Positions 28,460 through 36,701 of a DNA stretch of 58,577 nt are shown here, piece after piece. A program made the position numbers and the translations under genes. Each line of letters opens with the position of its first letter. Position 1 is the stretch's first letter. The DNA is from an uncultured Anaerolineaceae bacterium (lineage in GTDB: Bacteria; Chloroflexota; Dehalococcoidia; Tepidiformales; Tepidiformaceae). The DNA is taken from NCBI GenBank assembly GCA_964533605.1, contig CAZHMF010000003.1:1-58577 (forward strand), given 5' to 3'. The notes beneath the pieces are model-generated. The model searched no databases. It was not told the origin of the DNA and saw only the letters and a list, made by a program, of their open reading frames with translations.

Positions 28460-28936
28460 CTAGCCTCTGAAAGCCCGCCGAAGATTAGCCATCTCGATGG
28501 CCGTTCGTGCGGCCTCCTCACCTTTGTGCCCCTCGGCGCCACCCGCCCGCGCCATGGCCTGCTCGGCGCGGTCGACGGTGAGGACGCCGAAGACGACAGG
28601 GACTCCCGTTTCGAGAGCGACCCGGAGGATGCCCTGGGCGGCGCCTGCGGCAACGTGCTCGAAATGGGCGGTCTCGCCCCTGATGACGGCGCCCAGACAG
28701 ATCACCGCGTCGTAGTTGCCGCCTCGCGCCGCCCAAGCGGCGGCCGTAGGCACTTCGAAGGAGCCCGGCACCGTCGTCACCGTGATGTCGCCGGGACGAA
28801 CGCCACACTCCTGGAGGACCCTCACCGAGCCTTCCCGGAGCACGTCGGTGACGAATCCGTTCCAGCGGGAGACAACCACACAGATATGCAGCCCATCGCC
28901 TTCCAGCGTTCCCTCACGGGTCGTTGGGGTGCTCAT
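28460..28936 (-). CDS. ribH: 6,7-dimethyl-8-ribityllumazine synthase
   Basis: VVSRWNGFVTDVL, VPGSFEVP, VICLGAVIRGETAHFE, VVFGVLT. Confidence 0.92.
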   Translation of the reverse strand: MSTPTTREGTLEGDGLHICVVVSRWNGFVTDVLREGSVRVLQECGVRPGDITVTTVPGSFEVPTAAAWAARGGNYDAVICLGAVIRGETAHFEHVAAGAAQGILRVALETGVPVVFGVLTVDRAEQAMARAGGAEGHKGEEAARTAIEMANLRRAFRG

Positions 28937-30174
28937 TCGGGGACGGCTTCCGGCTTGTCGATCTCAGTGAGGAGGTGTCCCATCCGGCTGCGCTTCGTCT
29001 CGAGGTACCGGAGGTTGTGAGGATTGGGGGTAGTCTCGATGGGGACCCGCTCGACCACCTCCAATCCGTAGGCTTCGAGACCGGCTCTCTTGCTCGGGTT
29101 GTTGGTGATCAAACGCATCTTGCGGACGCCGAGGTCGACGAGGATCTGCATCCCGATGCCGTAGTCCCTGCGGTCCGCCGGGAAACCGAGCGCCAGGTTC
29201 GCCTCGATCGTGTCCAGCCCCTGCTCCTGGAGTTCGTAAGCGCGGAGCTTATTGTGGAGGCCAATGCCCCGCCCCTCCTGTCGCATGTAGAGGAAGACCC
29301 CGCCCTCTTCGCCGATCATCTTCAGGGCCCGTTCCTTCTGCTCACCGCAATCGCAACGGAACGAATTGAACACATCGCCGGTGACGCACTGGTCGTGGAC
29401 TCGGACGAGCACAGGCTGACCGGGGTCGATCGGTCCACGGACGATCGCCACATGTTCCGCAGGGTCGTAGTCGGTCCTATAGCCGAATATGCTCATCTCC
29501 CCGTAGGGGGTCGGCAGCCGGGTTTCGGCGACGCGCTGGACCAGCCTCTCCGTCTTGAACCGGTACTTGATCATGTCATTGACGGTCACGATCTTGAGGC
29601 CGTGGCGCCTTGCGAAGCGCTTCAGATCGGGCATCCGCGCCATCTCACCATTGGCCTTCATGATTTCGCAGAGGACGGCTGCCGGGTAGAGGCCGGCCAT
29701 CCGGGCAAGGTCGACGGACGCCTCCGTCTGGCCGGCCCGAACCAGCACTCCGCCGGGACGCGCTCTGAGGGGAAACATGTGGCCGGGGCGGACGAGGTCG
29801 TCCGGGCGGGTGTCCTGGTCAATGAGGACCTGAACGGTTCGGGCCCGGTCCGCGGCGCTGATCCCGGTCGTCACACCGGAGCGCGCCTCGACGGAAACCG
29901 TGAATGGTGTTCCGAAGTGAGAGGTATTCGCGGTACTGTCGACCATCATCGGGAGCTGCAGCTCGGCGACGCGTTCCTCGGTGAGGGGGCAGCAGACCAG
30001 CCCGCGGCCGTACTTGGCCATGAAGTTGACGGCCTCGGTTGTAATGAACTGGGCAGCGATCACGAGGTCGCCTTCATTTTCCCTGTCCACGTCATCGGTG
30101 ATCACGATGAACCTGCCGTTCCGGAACTCCTCGATGGCCTCGGGAACGCTGACGATTACGTCTTCGCTGCTCAT
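28933..30174 (-). CDS. ribBA: bifunctional 3,4-dihydroxy-2-butanone-4-phosphate synthase / GTP cyclohydrolase II
   Basis: DDVDRENEGDLV, GLVCCPL, VRVHDQCVTGDVFNSFRCDCG, YMRQEGRGIGL. Confidence 0.93.
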   Translation of the reverse strand: MSSEDVIVSVPEAIEEFRNGRFIVITDDVDRENEGDLVIAAQFITTEAVNFMAKYGRGLVCCPLTEERVAELQLPMMVDSTANTSHFGTPFTVSVEARSGVTTGISAADRARTVQVLIDQDTRPDDLVRPGHMFPLRARPGGVLVRAGQTEASVDLARMAGLYPAAVLCEIMKANGEMARMPDLKRFARRHGLKIVTVNDMIKYRFKTERLVQRVAETRLPTPYGEMSIFGYRTDYDPAEHVAIVRGPIDPGQPVLVRVHDQCVTGDVFNSFRCDCGEQKERALKMIGEEGGVFLYMRQEGRGIGLHNKLRAYELQEQGLDTIEANLALGFPADRRDYGIGMQILVDLGVRKMRLITNNPSKRAGLEAYGLEVVERVPIETTPNPHNLRYLETKRSRMGHLLTEIDKPEAVPE

Positions 30175-30758
30175 TGCGACTTCTCCGGCACTGCCAATTG
30201 TTCGACATAACGAGCGATGATGTCCGTCTCCAGGTTGACCCGGTCACCGGGACTTCGCGTCCCCAGGTTGGTGTGTTCCTGCGTGTACTGGACGAGCGAG
30301 ACGGCGAACCCTTCGGTGTCCTTGGAGATCACTGTGAGGCTGATTCCGTCGATGCAGACGGGCCCTTTCACGACCATGTAGCGGAGGAGCTCCGGAGGAG
30401 CGTCGAACCAGGCGATGATCGCGTCTCCCTCCGGCGTGGAGCTGCGCAGGGCCCCGGTGCCTTCGACAACGCCGCGGACGATGTGCCCGCTCAGGCGATC
30501 CGTTGGGCGAACGCTTCGCTCGAGGTTGACCGAGTCCCCGGGCTTGAGATCGCCGAGGTTGGACCTCCGGTAGGTCTCGGGCATGAGGTTCGCGAGGAAC
30601 GTTCCATCCTTGATTTCGGCGACCGTGAGGTCGACGCCGTTTATCGCGATCGAGTCGCCCAGGTTCGCGTCCTGGAGGACGAGCGAGGCGGCGATCCGCA
30701 GCATTCCCTCGCCCGCTTCGGTAACCGTTCCTACTTCCTCGATGATTCCTGTGAACAT
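30171..30758 (-). CDS. ribE: riboflavin synthase (alpha chain)
   Basis: MFTGIIEEVG, INGVDLTV, CIDGISLTV. Start at ATG 30758. The upstream part of the track ORF covers the riboswitch expression platform. Confidence 0.9.
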   Translation of the reverse strand: MFTGIIEEVGTVTEAGEGMLRIAASLVLQDANLGDSIAINGVDLTVAEIKDGTFLANLMPETYRRSNLGDLKPGDSVNLERSVRPTDRLSGHIVRGVVEGTGALRSSTPEGDAIIAWFDAPPELLRYMVVKGPVCIDGISLTVISKDTEGFAVSLVQYTQEHTNLGTRSPGDRVNLETDIIARYVEQLAVPEKSQ

Positions 30759-30888
30759 CAGGATCCCATCCGGAAGCACGCTTCTCTGTTCCAATTCGGC
30801 AGGCGGTACATCGGACCCCCTTTGCGGTGAGCTGAGCCAGGGGGCGGCCGCACAGCACGCGGGACGCAGGGCGCCACGCACTGACGCT

Positions 30889-31003
30889 GTCCTCTCCCTT
30901 CCGGACTATACCGTCGGCCCCGGAGTTTCACCGGGTCGGTCCGCCTGAGCGGATTCGCGGGCTTTCACCGCCGGTGGGGAATCTCACCCCGCCCCGAGAA
31001 CAT
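30889..31003 (-). promoter_or_regulatory. FMN riboswitch (RFN element) aptamer
   Basis: The reverse complement reads TTCTCGGGGCGGGGTGAGATTCCCCACCGGCGGTGAAAGCCCGCGAATCC...GACCCGGTGAAACTCCGGGGCCGACGGTATAGTCCGGAAGGGAGAGGA. This matches the conserved RFN core, directly upstream of ribE. Confidence 0.9.
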
Positions 31004-31010
31004 CACCGTG

Positions 31011-31039
31011 ATCCTTCCTCCGTTCCGGGGGGCTGTCAA
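31011..31039 (-). promoter_or_regulatory. candidate sigma-70-type promoter of the rib operon
   Basis: On the minus strand: TTGACA (31039..31034), 17-nt spacer, AAGGAT (31016..31011). It ends 7 nt before the riboswitch P1. Confidence 0.4.
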
Positions 31040-31060
31040 GCTGCGGGCCAGGCGGCGTCC

Positions 31061-31708
31061 TTACGCGCTGCCGGATGGATCTTCCACGAGCTTCCGGAGG
31101 ACGTCGTAGGCTGCGTATGCATCGGCAAGGGCTGCGTGTTCTCCCATCCGGCCGATTCCCAGGCGATCGGCGACGTGTCCCAGGTTGAAACGCTCGATCA
31201 CCCCCTCACCGGGCTTCAGGCGGTGCCGTGCGAGCGTCTGAATATCGACCACGAACGGCTGAAACGGCCACTCCAGTGCCCCTCTCCGTAGCCGCTCGCG
31301 AAGAAACGCGAGATCCTGGCCGACCCCCCAGCCCGCGGCGAGCGCCCCCCGGCCGAGCTCGAAGAAGTGCTCCATCGCCGCCTCTTCCCTGGGCGCACCC
31401 TTCCACCCGGCGGGGGTGTATCCCGAGACGCGCAGGGCGACTGGACTGGCGTTGCCGATCCGGCGCGGTCGAATGCGCGAGCCCCATGCCTCGATCTCGT
31501 GGAGGCCCGGGGCGAGGTCGGCCATCACCGCCCCCACTTCGAGTACCTCGTGGACTCGCGGGTTCGGTCCACTCATCTCGAGGTCGAACACACAGAGCCG
31601 CGCGACTCCCTCCAGTACGGCCGAAGGTGCGTCTACTTCCGCTCCAGGACCGGCCGGTACGAGGGCGAGCTGGAGGAGTTCGAACAATCTTCCGGAACCG
31701 TCGCGCAT
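31061..31708 (-). CDS. DEDDh 3'-5' exonuclease domain protein (DnaQ/epsilon-like)
   Basis: Exo I motif FDLEMSG and Exo III motif HAALADAYAAYDVL. Confidence 0.7.
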   Translation of the reverse strand: MRDGSGRLFELLQLALVPAGPGAEVDAPSAVLEGVARLCVFDLEMSGPNPRVHEVLEVGAVMADLAPGLHEIEAWGSRIRPRRIGNASPVALRVSGYTPAGWKGAPREEAAMEHFFELGRGALAAGWGVGQDLAFLRERLRRGALEWPFQPFVVDIQTLARHRLKPGEGVIERFNLGHVADRLGIGRMGEHAALADAYAAYDVLRKLVEDPSGSA

Positions 31709-31864
31709 AGCTACGTGCGGCAGGCCGGCTTCAGCCGGGGCCGCTTCTCAACGATGTCCGGGTCGCCCACTGCTGTCCAGTCCGGCCGACACGCGGCCCG
31801 CCCGCGTCGCCTACAATCGTACTTACCGGTCGCTCCTATCACCCACTCAAGGGAACTCATCTGT

Positions 31865-33304
31865 ATGAACGTAAGTGCGGAGGCACTGGAATTCTTCGCC
31901 GAGCGGTACTCGCTGGACACATCCGCCATGTCATCGGTCCTCTCCACGGCCCTCGCGCGGGGTGGGGATTTCGCGGAGCTCTACTTCGAACACCGGGTTC
32001 AGAACGCTCTCGTCTGGGAAGACCAGCAGGTCAAATCGGCCAGTCACAGCGCGATCGGCGGCGTCGGGATCAGGGTGGTCAGCGGCGAATCAATCGGCTT
32101 TGCCTACAGCGAGTCCCTGGAACGGGAGGCGATGCGCCGGGCGGCCGACACGGCGGCCCGGGTGGGCCGGTCCGGCTCCGGTCTTCCGGCGATCGACTCG
32201 ACCCCAGCCGCTCTGACGGGGAGCAGCTACGGCGCTGCCGCACCCCTCGCTCAGGAACCTCCGGAGGAGAAGGTTGCCCTGCTGAAGCGAGCCGATAGCG
32301 CCGCCCGCGGTTTTGATCCATCCGTGGCGCGGGTCGATGCGAGCATCGGGGACGAGCTGAAGTATGTTGCCATCGCGCGGAGTGATGGGACCGTCGTCGG
32401 TGATGTCCAGCCGCTCATCCGCTTCAACGTCCAGGTGCTTTCATTGCGGGACGGGGAGCGGCAGGTGGCCCGGACCGGCGGGGGTGGCCGGCTTGGGATC
32501 GAGTATTTCAGCGAGCACCCACCCGAGGATCATGCTCGCGAGGCGGCCCGCCAGGCGATCCTCCAGCAGGATGCACTCGAAGCTCCGGCCGGCTCGATGC
32601 CTGTGATTCTCGCCGCGGGCGACAGTGGGATCCTCCTCCATGAGGCGATCGGACATGGCCTCGAGGCGGACTTCAACCGCAAAGGCACCAGCAACTACTC
32701 GGGCAGGATCGGAGAATCCGTCGCAAGTCCCCTCGTCAGCGTGCTGGACGATGGAACAGTTGCCGGCTCCCGCGGGTCAATCCATGTCGACGATGAGGGG
32801 AATCCGGCGAAGCAGAACGTGCTCATCGAGAAGGGCATCCTGCGCTCCTACCTGTACGACGAGATGAGTGCCCGGTATTTCGGAGTGGACCCGTCGGGCT
32901 CCGGCCGCAGGGAGTCATTCAAGGATTACGTCATGCCCCGGATGACCAACACATTCATGCTCGGCGGTGAGGATCATCCCGAAGACATCATCCGCGGAGT
33001 CGACCGCGGCATCTATTGCGTTTCATTCAACGGTGGCCAGGTGAACATCTCAAACGGTGACTTTGTCTTCTCCGTCACCGAGGCTTACATGATCGAGGGT
33101 GGTCGCATCACCCATCCCATCCGCAACGTGAATCTCATCGGCAACGGCCCCGACGTCCTTTCAAGAGTGTCCCGAGTGGGGGCTGACTATTCTCTGTCGG
33201 ATGGCCGGTGGACCTGCGGCAAAGACGGCCAGTCCGTTCCGGTGGGTGTGGGGATTCCCACCGTTCTGGTCTCGGAGATGACAGTCGGAGGCACACGTGC
33301 CTGA
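31865..33304 (+). CDS. tldD: metalloprotease TldD
   Basis: Start at ATG 31865. GDFAELYFE, HEAIGHGLEADF, C-terminal GGQV..GDF motifs. Confidence 0.88.
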   Translation: MNVSAEALEFFAERYSLDTSAMSSVLSTALARGGDFAELYFEHRVQNALVWEDQQVKSASHSAIGGVGIRVVSGESIGFAYSESLEREAMRRAADTAARVGRSGSGLPAIDSTPAALTGSSYGAAAPLAQEPPEEKVALLKRADSAARGFDPSVARVDASIGDELKYVAIARSDGTVVGDVQPLIRFNVQVLSLRDGERQVARTGGGGRLGIEYFSEHPPEDHAREAARQAILQQDALEAPAGSMPVILAAGDSGILLHEAIGHGLEADFNRKGTSNYSGRIGESVASPLVSVLDDGTVAGSRGSIHVDDEGNPAKQNVLIEKGILRSYLYDEMSARYFGVDPSGSGRRESFKDYVMPRMTNTFMLGGEDHPEDIIRGVDRGIYCVSFNGGQVNISNGDFVFSVTEAYMIEGGRITHPIRNVNLIGNGPDVLSRVSRVGADYSLSDGRWTCGKDGQSVPVGVGIPTVLVSEMTVGGTRA

Positions 33305-34664
33305 CCCCTCGCCCCCGGCTCCCGAGGCAGCCCGCCGTGCGGTGGACCTCGCGCTGCGGGCGGGCGCCTCGCAGTGTGACGCGTTCTCCGTGGCTTACGA
33401 TGAGTCCTCGGTAACGGTTCGCCTGGGTGAGCTGGAAAAGTTGATCGAAGCAGGCGGAAGATCTCTTGGCCTTCGCGTAATCCAGGATGGGCAGACCGCC
33501 GTCTCCTCGACCACTGATTTCTCGGACGCCTCGCTGAGGGACCTCGCGGAGAATACGTTGCGGCTCGCGGCCGTAGCCTCTCCGGACGACTGCTCCGGAC
33601 TGCCTCGCCCGGAGGAGCTCGCTGCCCCCGGAGGTGTGGACGGTCTTCAGCTTTACGACGAAGCCCTCCGATCGCTCGGGCCGGACGAGCGGGTGGGTAT
33701 CGCGCGCCGCTGCGAAGCCGCGGCACTGGCTTCCGACGAGCGGATCACGAATACGGACGGCGCGACCTTCTCGAGCCGGATCGGAGAGGTGGCCCTGGCC
33801 AACTCTCACGGGTTCGCCGCCTCCTACCCGGCAACGACCGCGGGGATCACCGTGGAGGTGATGGCCGACGACGAGGACGGGAAGAAGCGAAACGCCTATT
33901 GGTTTGCCTCGGAGCGCTTCCTCCACCGGCTCCCCGAGCCGGAGGATGTGGGGCTGGTCGCGGCCCGCCGCGCGATCGCACAGCTCGGGGCCCGCAAGGT
34001 CGTCACGAAAGCCGTGCCGGTAGTCTTCGAGCCTCTAATGACCGTTGATCTCCTCCGTTTGCTCGGCGGTTGCACGACCGGAACCGCTCTCTACCGGGGA
34101 GCGACCTTTCTCGCGGGCAGCGAAGGCGCGCCGGTCGGCAGTTCCCTTGTTACCATTCGCGATGATGCCCGGGTTCCTGGCCGGGGTGGCTCGCGACCGT
34201 TCGATGGCGAAGGCGTCGAGACGGGCTCACAGGGGCTGTTCGAGTCTGGTGTGTTCGGCGGCTTCCTGTTCGACGCCTACACGGCGCGTCGGGCCGGGCG
34301 CCGGACTACCGGCTCCGCCCGGAGAGACACCGGCTCTCTGCCCGTGCCCGGCAGCTCGAACCTCATCTGGCAACCGGGTACGACACCGGTTGAATCTCTC
34401 CTCGATGGGATCGACGACGGTCTCTACGTGACAGGCCTTATGGGGTTCGGGTTCAACCCGACAACGGGCGACTTCTCTCGTGGTGCCGCCGGTCACTGGA
34501 TCCGAAACGGTGAGCTCGCCTTTCCCGTCACGGAGGTCAATATCTCCGGCCAGATGGAAGATATGCTCCGGGCCGTGGATGCGACAGGCGACGACCTGAC
34601 GTGGTTCGGCTCGGCGGCCGCACCGACCATCCGTATCACGGAGATGATGGTCTCGGGGACGTAG
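33297..34664 (+). CDS. pmbA: TldD/PmbA-family protein (PmbA/TldE partner)
   Basis: Paralogous fold lacking HExxH. Overlaps the tldD stop by 8 nt. C-terminal GDFSRGAAGHWIRNGE. Confidence 0.85.
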   Translation: MPDPSPPAPEAARRAVDLALRAGASQCDAFSVAYDESSVTVRLGELEKLIEAGGRSLGLRVIQDGQTAVSSTTDFSDASLRDLAENTLRLAAVASPDDCSGLPRPEELAAPGGVDGLQLYDEALRSLGPDERVGIARRCEAAALASDERITNTDGATFSSRIGEVALANSHGFAASYPATTAGITVEVMADDEDGKKRNAYWFASERFLHRLPEPEDVGLVAARRAIAQLGARKVVTKAVPVVFEPLMTVDLLRLLGGCTTGTALYRGATFLAGSEGAPVGSSLVTIRDDARVPGRGGSRPFDGEGVETGSQGLFESGVFGGFLFDAYTARRAGRRTTGSARRDTGSLPVPGSSNLIWQPGTTPVESLLDGIDDGLYVTGLMGFGFNPTTGDFSRGAAGHWIRNGELAFPVTEVNISGQMEDMLRAVDATGDDLTWFGSAAAPTIRITEMMVSGT

Positions 34665-34665
34665 T

Positions 34666-35814
34666 TTGAGTGCCCGACAGAGTTCGTCGTTGACCGATGC
34701 GGACTACGTCAGATACCGGCGATTCATCCGCGACGAGGTGGATGGGGAGGCGTTGTACAGATACCTTTCGCGGTACGAGAACGACCCCGGGCTGAGCGAA
34801 ATCTTCCAGCGTCTGGCCGAGAGCGAGAAGCGGCACTATGGCTTCTGGGCGGAGCGGATCGAGCGGTCGGGACGGTCCGTCCCCCGATACCGGCCGTCGC
34901 TCAAAGTCCGGCTTCTGGGGTACGCCGCGCGGCTCTTCGGCTCATCTTCCATCATCCCCTATGTCGCCCGTATGGAGGACGCCGCGCGGACTACATACGA
35001 CGGAATCCCCGAGGCTGTTGCCCATGGACTGCCGGGGGACGAGAGGTCGCACGCCAGACTGTTCCGCGAGATCGGGAACAGCGGCGCCATCAGCCGCTCC
35101 GGCGTCCCCATCGCCCAGCTCGAGGGCCGCCACGCTGCCACGAACGCGAATGCATTGAGAGCCGCGGTCCTTGGTGCAAACGACGGGCTGGTCTCCAATC
35201 TGAGCCTCGTGATGGGAGTGGCGGGCGCAGATCCCGGTGCCTCCGTCGTCCTCCTTGGTGGCCTCGCCGGTCTGCTCGCCGGGGCGCTGAGCATGGCGCT
35301 CGGGGAGTGGATCAGCGTGCGGAGCGCCGCCGAGGCGATCCAGCATCAGCTCGACACCGAGGCCGAGGAACTCGAGTCGTTCCCGGAGGAGGAGGAGGAG
35401 GAGCTGACACTGATCTACCGGGCGAAAGGTCTGGATCCCGACGAGGCCCGCGGCGCAGCCCGCCGCATTATCGGCAACAAGGATGAGGCCCTGGAGACGC
35501 TGGCCCGTGAGGAGCTCGGGATCAGCAAGACGGAGGCAGGAAACGCCTGGACTGCCGCCGCCGTCTCCTTCCTCACTTTTGCCGCCGGTGCCATCCTGCC
35601 CGTCATACCGTGGTTCTTCGCCGAAGGGCTGGCGGCCGCTCTCGCGACAATTGTGATGGCCGGCCTCGGCCTATTTGTGGCCGGCGCTGCGACATCTTTC
35701 TTCACGAGGCGTGGATTGCTCTTCGCCGGCGGCAGAATGTTGCTTCTGGGGCTTGCCGCCGCAGCCGTGACATTCTCCATCGGCGCGCTGGTCGGTGTGG
35801 AGGTCTCGGGATAG
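34666..35814 (+). CDS. VIT1/CCC1-family iron/manganese transporter with N-terminal ferritin/rubrerythrin-like domain
   Basis: ESEKRHYGFW ... DERSHARLF (diiron-like EXXH pairs), then LRAAVLGANDGLVSNLSLVMGVAG and C-terminal TM helices. TTG start. Confidence 0.8.
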   Translation: MSARQSSSLTDADYVRYRRFIRDEVDGEALYRYLSRYENDPGLSEIFQRLAESEKRHYGFWAERIERSGRSVPRYRPSLKVRLLGYAARLFGSSSIIPYVARMEDAARTTYDGIPEAVAHGLPGDERSHARLFREIGNSGAISRSGVPIAQLEGRHAATNANALRAAVLGANDGLVSNLSLVMGVAGADPGASVVLLGGLAGLLAGALSMALGEWISVRSAAEAIQHQLDTEAEELESFPEEEEEELTLIYRAKGLDPDEARGAARRIIGNKDEALETLAREELGISKTEAGNAWTAAAVSFLTFAAGAILPVIPWFFAEGLAAALATIVMAGLGLFVAGAATSFFTRRGLLFAGGRMLLLGLAAAAVTFSIGALVGVEVSG

Positions 35815-35837
35815 GCGCCCGGCGGGGCCACCTGATC

Positions 35838-36338
35838 TCAGACCACGATCTCCAGCGTCAGGCCGGCGCCCGTGGTGGCGATGGACACAAGGGTGTAGCC
35901 CGCACCGCCGGCAAGGCTGGAGAGGCGCGTGCTCAGTTCGCTCTCAACGGTGGCCGCGACCGACGCCGGCGTCGGTCCTTCCATATCGGCCTCGACGACT
36001 ATCACTTCGAGCGCACCCTCTCTAACTTCGGGGTTGAGGACGATCCAGCCGTGTGGCCCGGCTTCCGCCGGAGTGACCGCGAAACTGATTGCCAGCGTCC
36101 CTTCCGAGCGCACCTCGACCTCGGCCAGGACCGGGATGGCGGTCTCAGGATCGGCCAGGGAGGAAGTCACCATGAGCCCAAGACTTCGGGGGTCCATCAC
36201 GAGGCGCGCGTTCCCGACCCCCGGTGCCGACGCCCCCGGCCCCTCAAGGGCATCGTTGACGGTGAAGAGGAGCACCGTTGCGATGATCCCGGAGAGGAAT
36301 CCCAGGGCCAGAACGAAGAGCGTGCGCATCCGTGGCAT
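35838..36338 (-). CDS. membrane-anchored hypothetical protein
   Basis: A single N-terminal TM helix (LFVLALGFLSGIIATVLLF) followed by a beta-rich soluble part. No motif recognised. Confidence 0.5.
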   Translation of the reverse strand: MPRMRTLFVLALGFLSGIIATVLLFTVNDALEGPGASAPGVGNARLVMDPRSLGLMVTSSLADPETAIPVLAEVEVRSEGTLAISFAVTPAEAGPHGWIVLNPEVREGALEVIVVEADMEGPTPASVAATVESELSTRLSSLAGGAGYTLVSIATTGAGLTLEIVV

Positions 36339-36381
36339 CCTAGCCGGAGCAGCCGGTGGGGAATAGCGAAGGAATCGCGAT

Positions 36382-36411
36382 TTGCGTGCCGCTGCCGGAA
36401 CGTGCGATCAT
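36382..36411 (+). promoter_or_regulatory. candidate promoter of the 5S rRNA gene
   Basis: TTGCGT (36382-87), 18-nt spacer, GATCAT (36406-11). It ends 7 nt before the predicted 5S 5' end. Confidence 0.3.
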
Positions 36412-36418
36412 CAGGGAA

Positions 36419-36533
36419 CTGGTGGCTTGGGCGAGGTGGCCCCACCCGTTCCCATCCCGAACACGGAAGTGAAACGCCTCAGCGCTGACGATACTGCCCC
36501 GGCAACAGGGTGGGAAAATAGGTCGCCGCCGGT
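36419..36533 (+). rRNA. rrf: 5S ribosomal RNA
   Basis: CTGGTGGC...CCCACCCGTTCCCATCCCGAACACGGAAGTGAAACGCCTCAGCGCTGACGATACTG...GGGAAAATAGGTCGCCGCCGG. Helix I (CUGGUGGC/GCCGCCGG) pairs by hand. Ends are accurate to about 2 nt. Confidence 0.9.
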
Positions 36534-36539
36534 ACTGAG

Positions 36540-36561
36540 AACCGCCTTCGAGGGCGGTTTT
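36540..36561 (+). terminator. intrinsic-terminator-like hairpin after the 5S rRNA
   Basis: AACCGCC-TTCGAG-GGCGGTT followed by TT; four consecutive T overall. Confidence 0.55.
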
Positions 36562-36627
36562 CGTCCCTTCCGGCGTCGAACTCCGGGAAGCCGTCTGATC
36601 TCTCGTTTCCCTCTAGCCGCGGGCCGC

Positions 36628-36636
36628 TGGTACAAT
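36628..36636 (+). promoter_or_regulatory. candidate extended -10 promoter element for rpsA
   Basis: TGgTACAAT lies about 65 nt upstream of the proposed rpsA start. No good -35 is present. Confidence 0.3.
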
Positions 36637-36701
36637 CCCATCCATACCGATACTGCGGGCGTGTGCCCATCTTTCGGCCGCCCACCCAACGGAGCCTCCC
36701 A

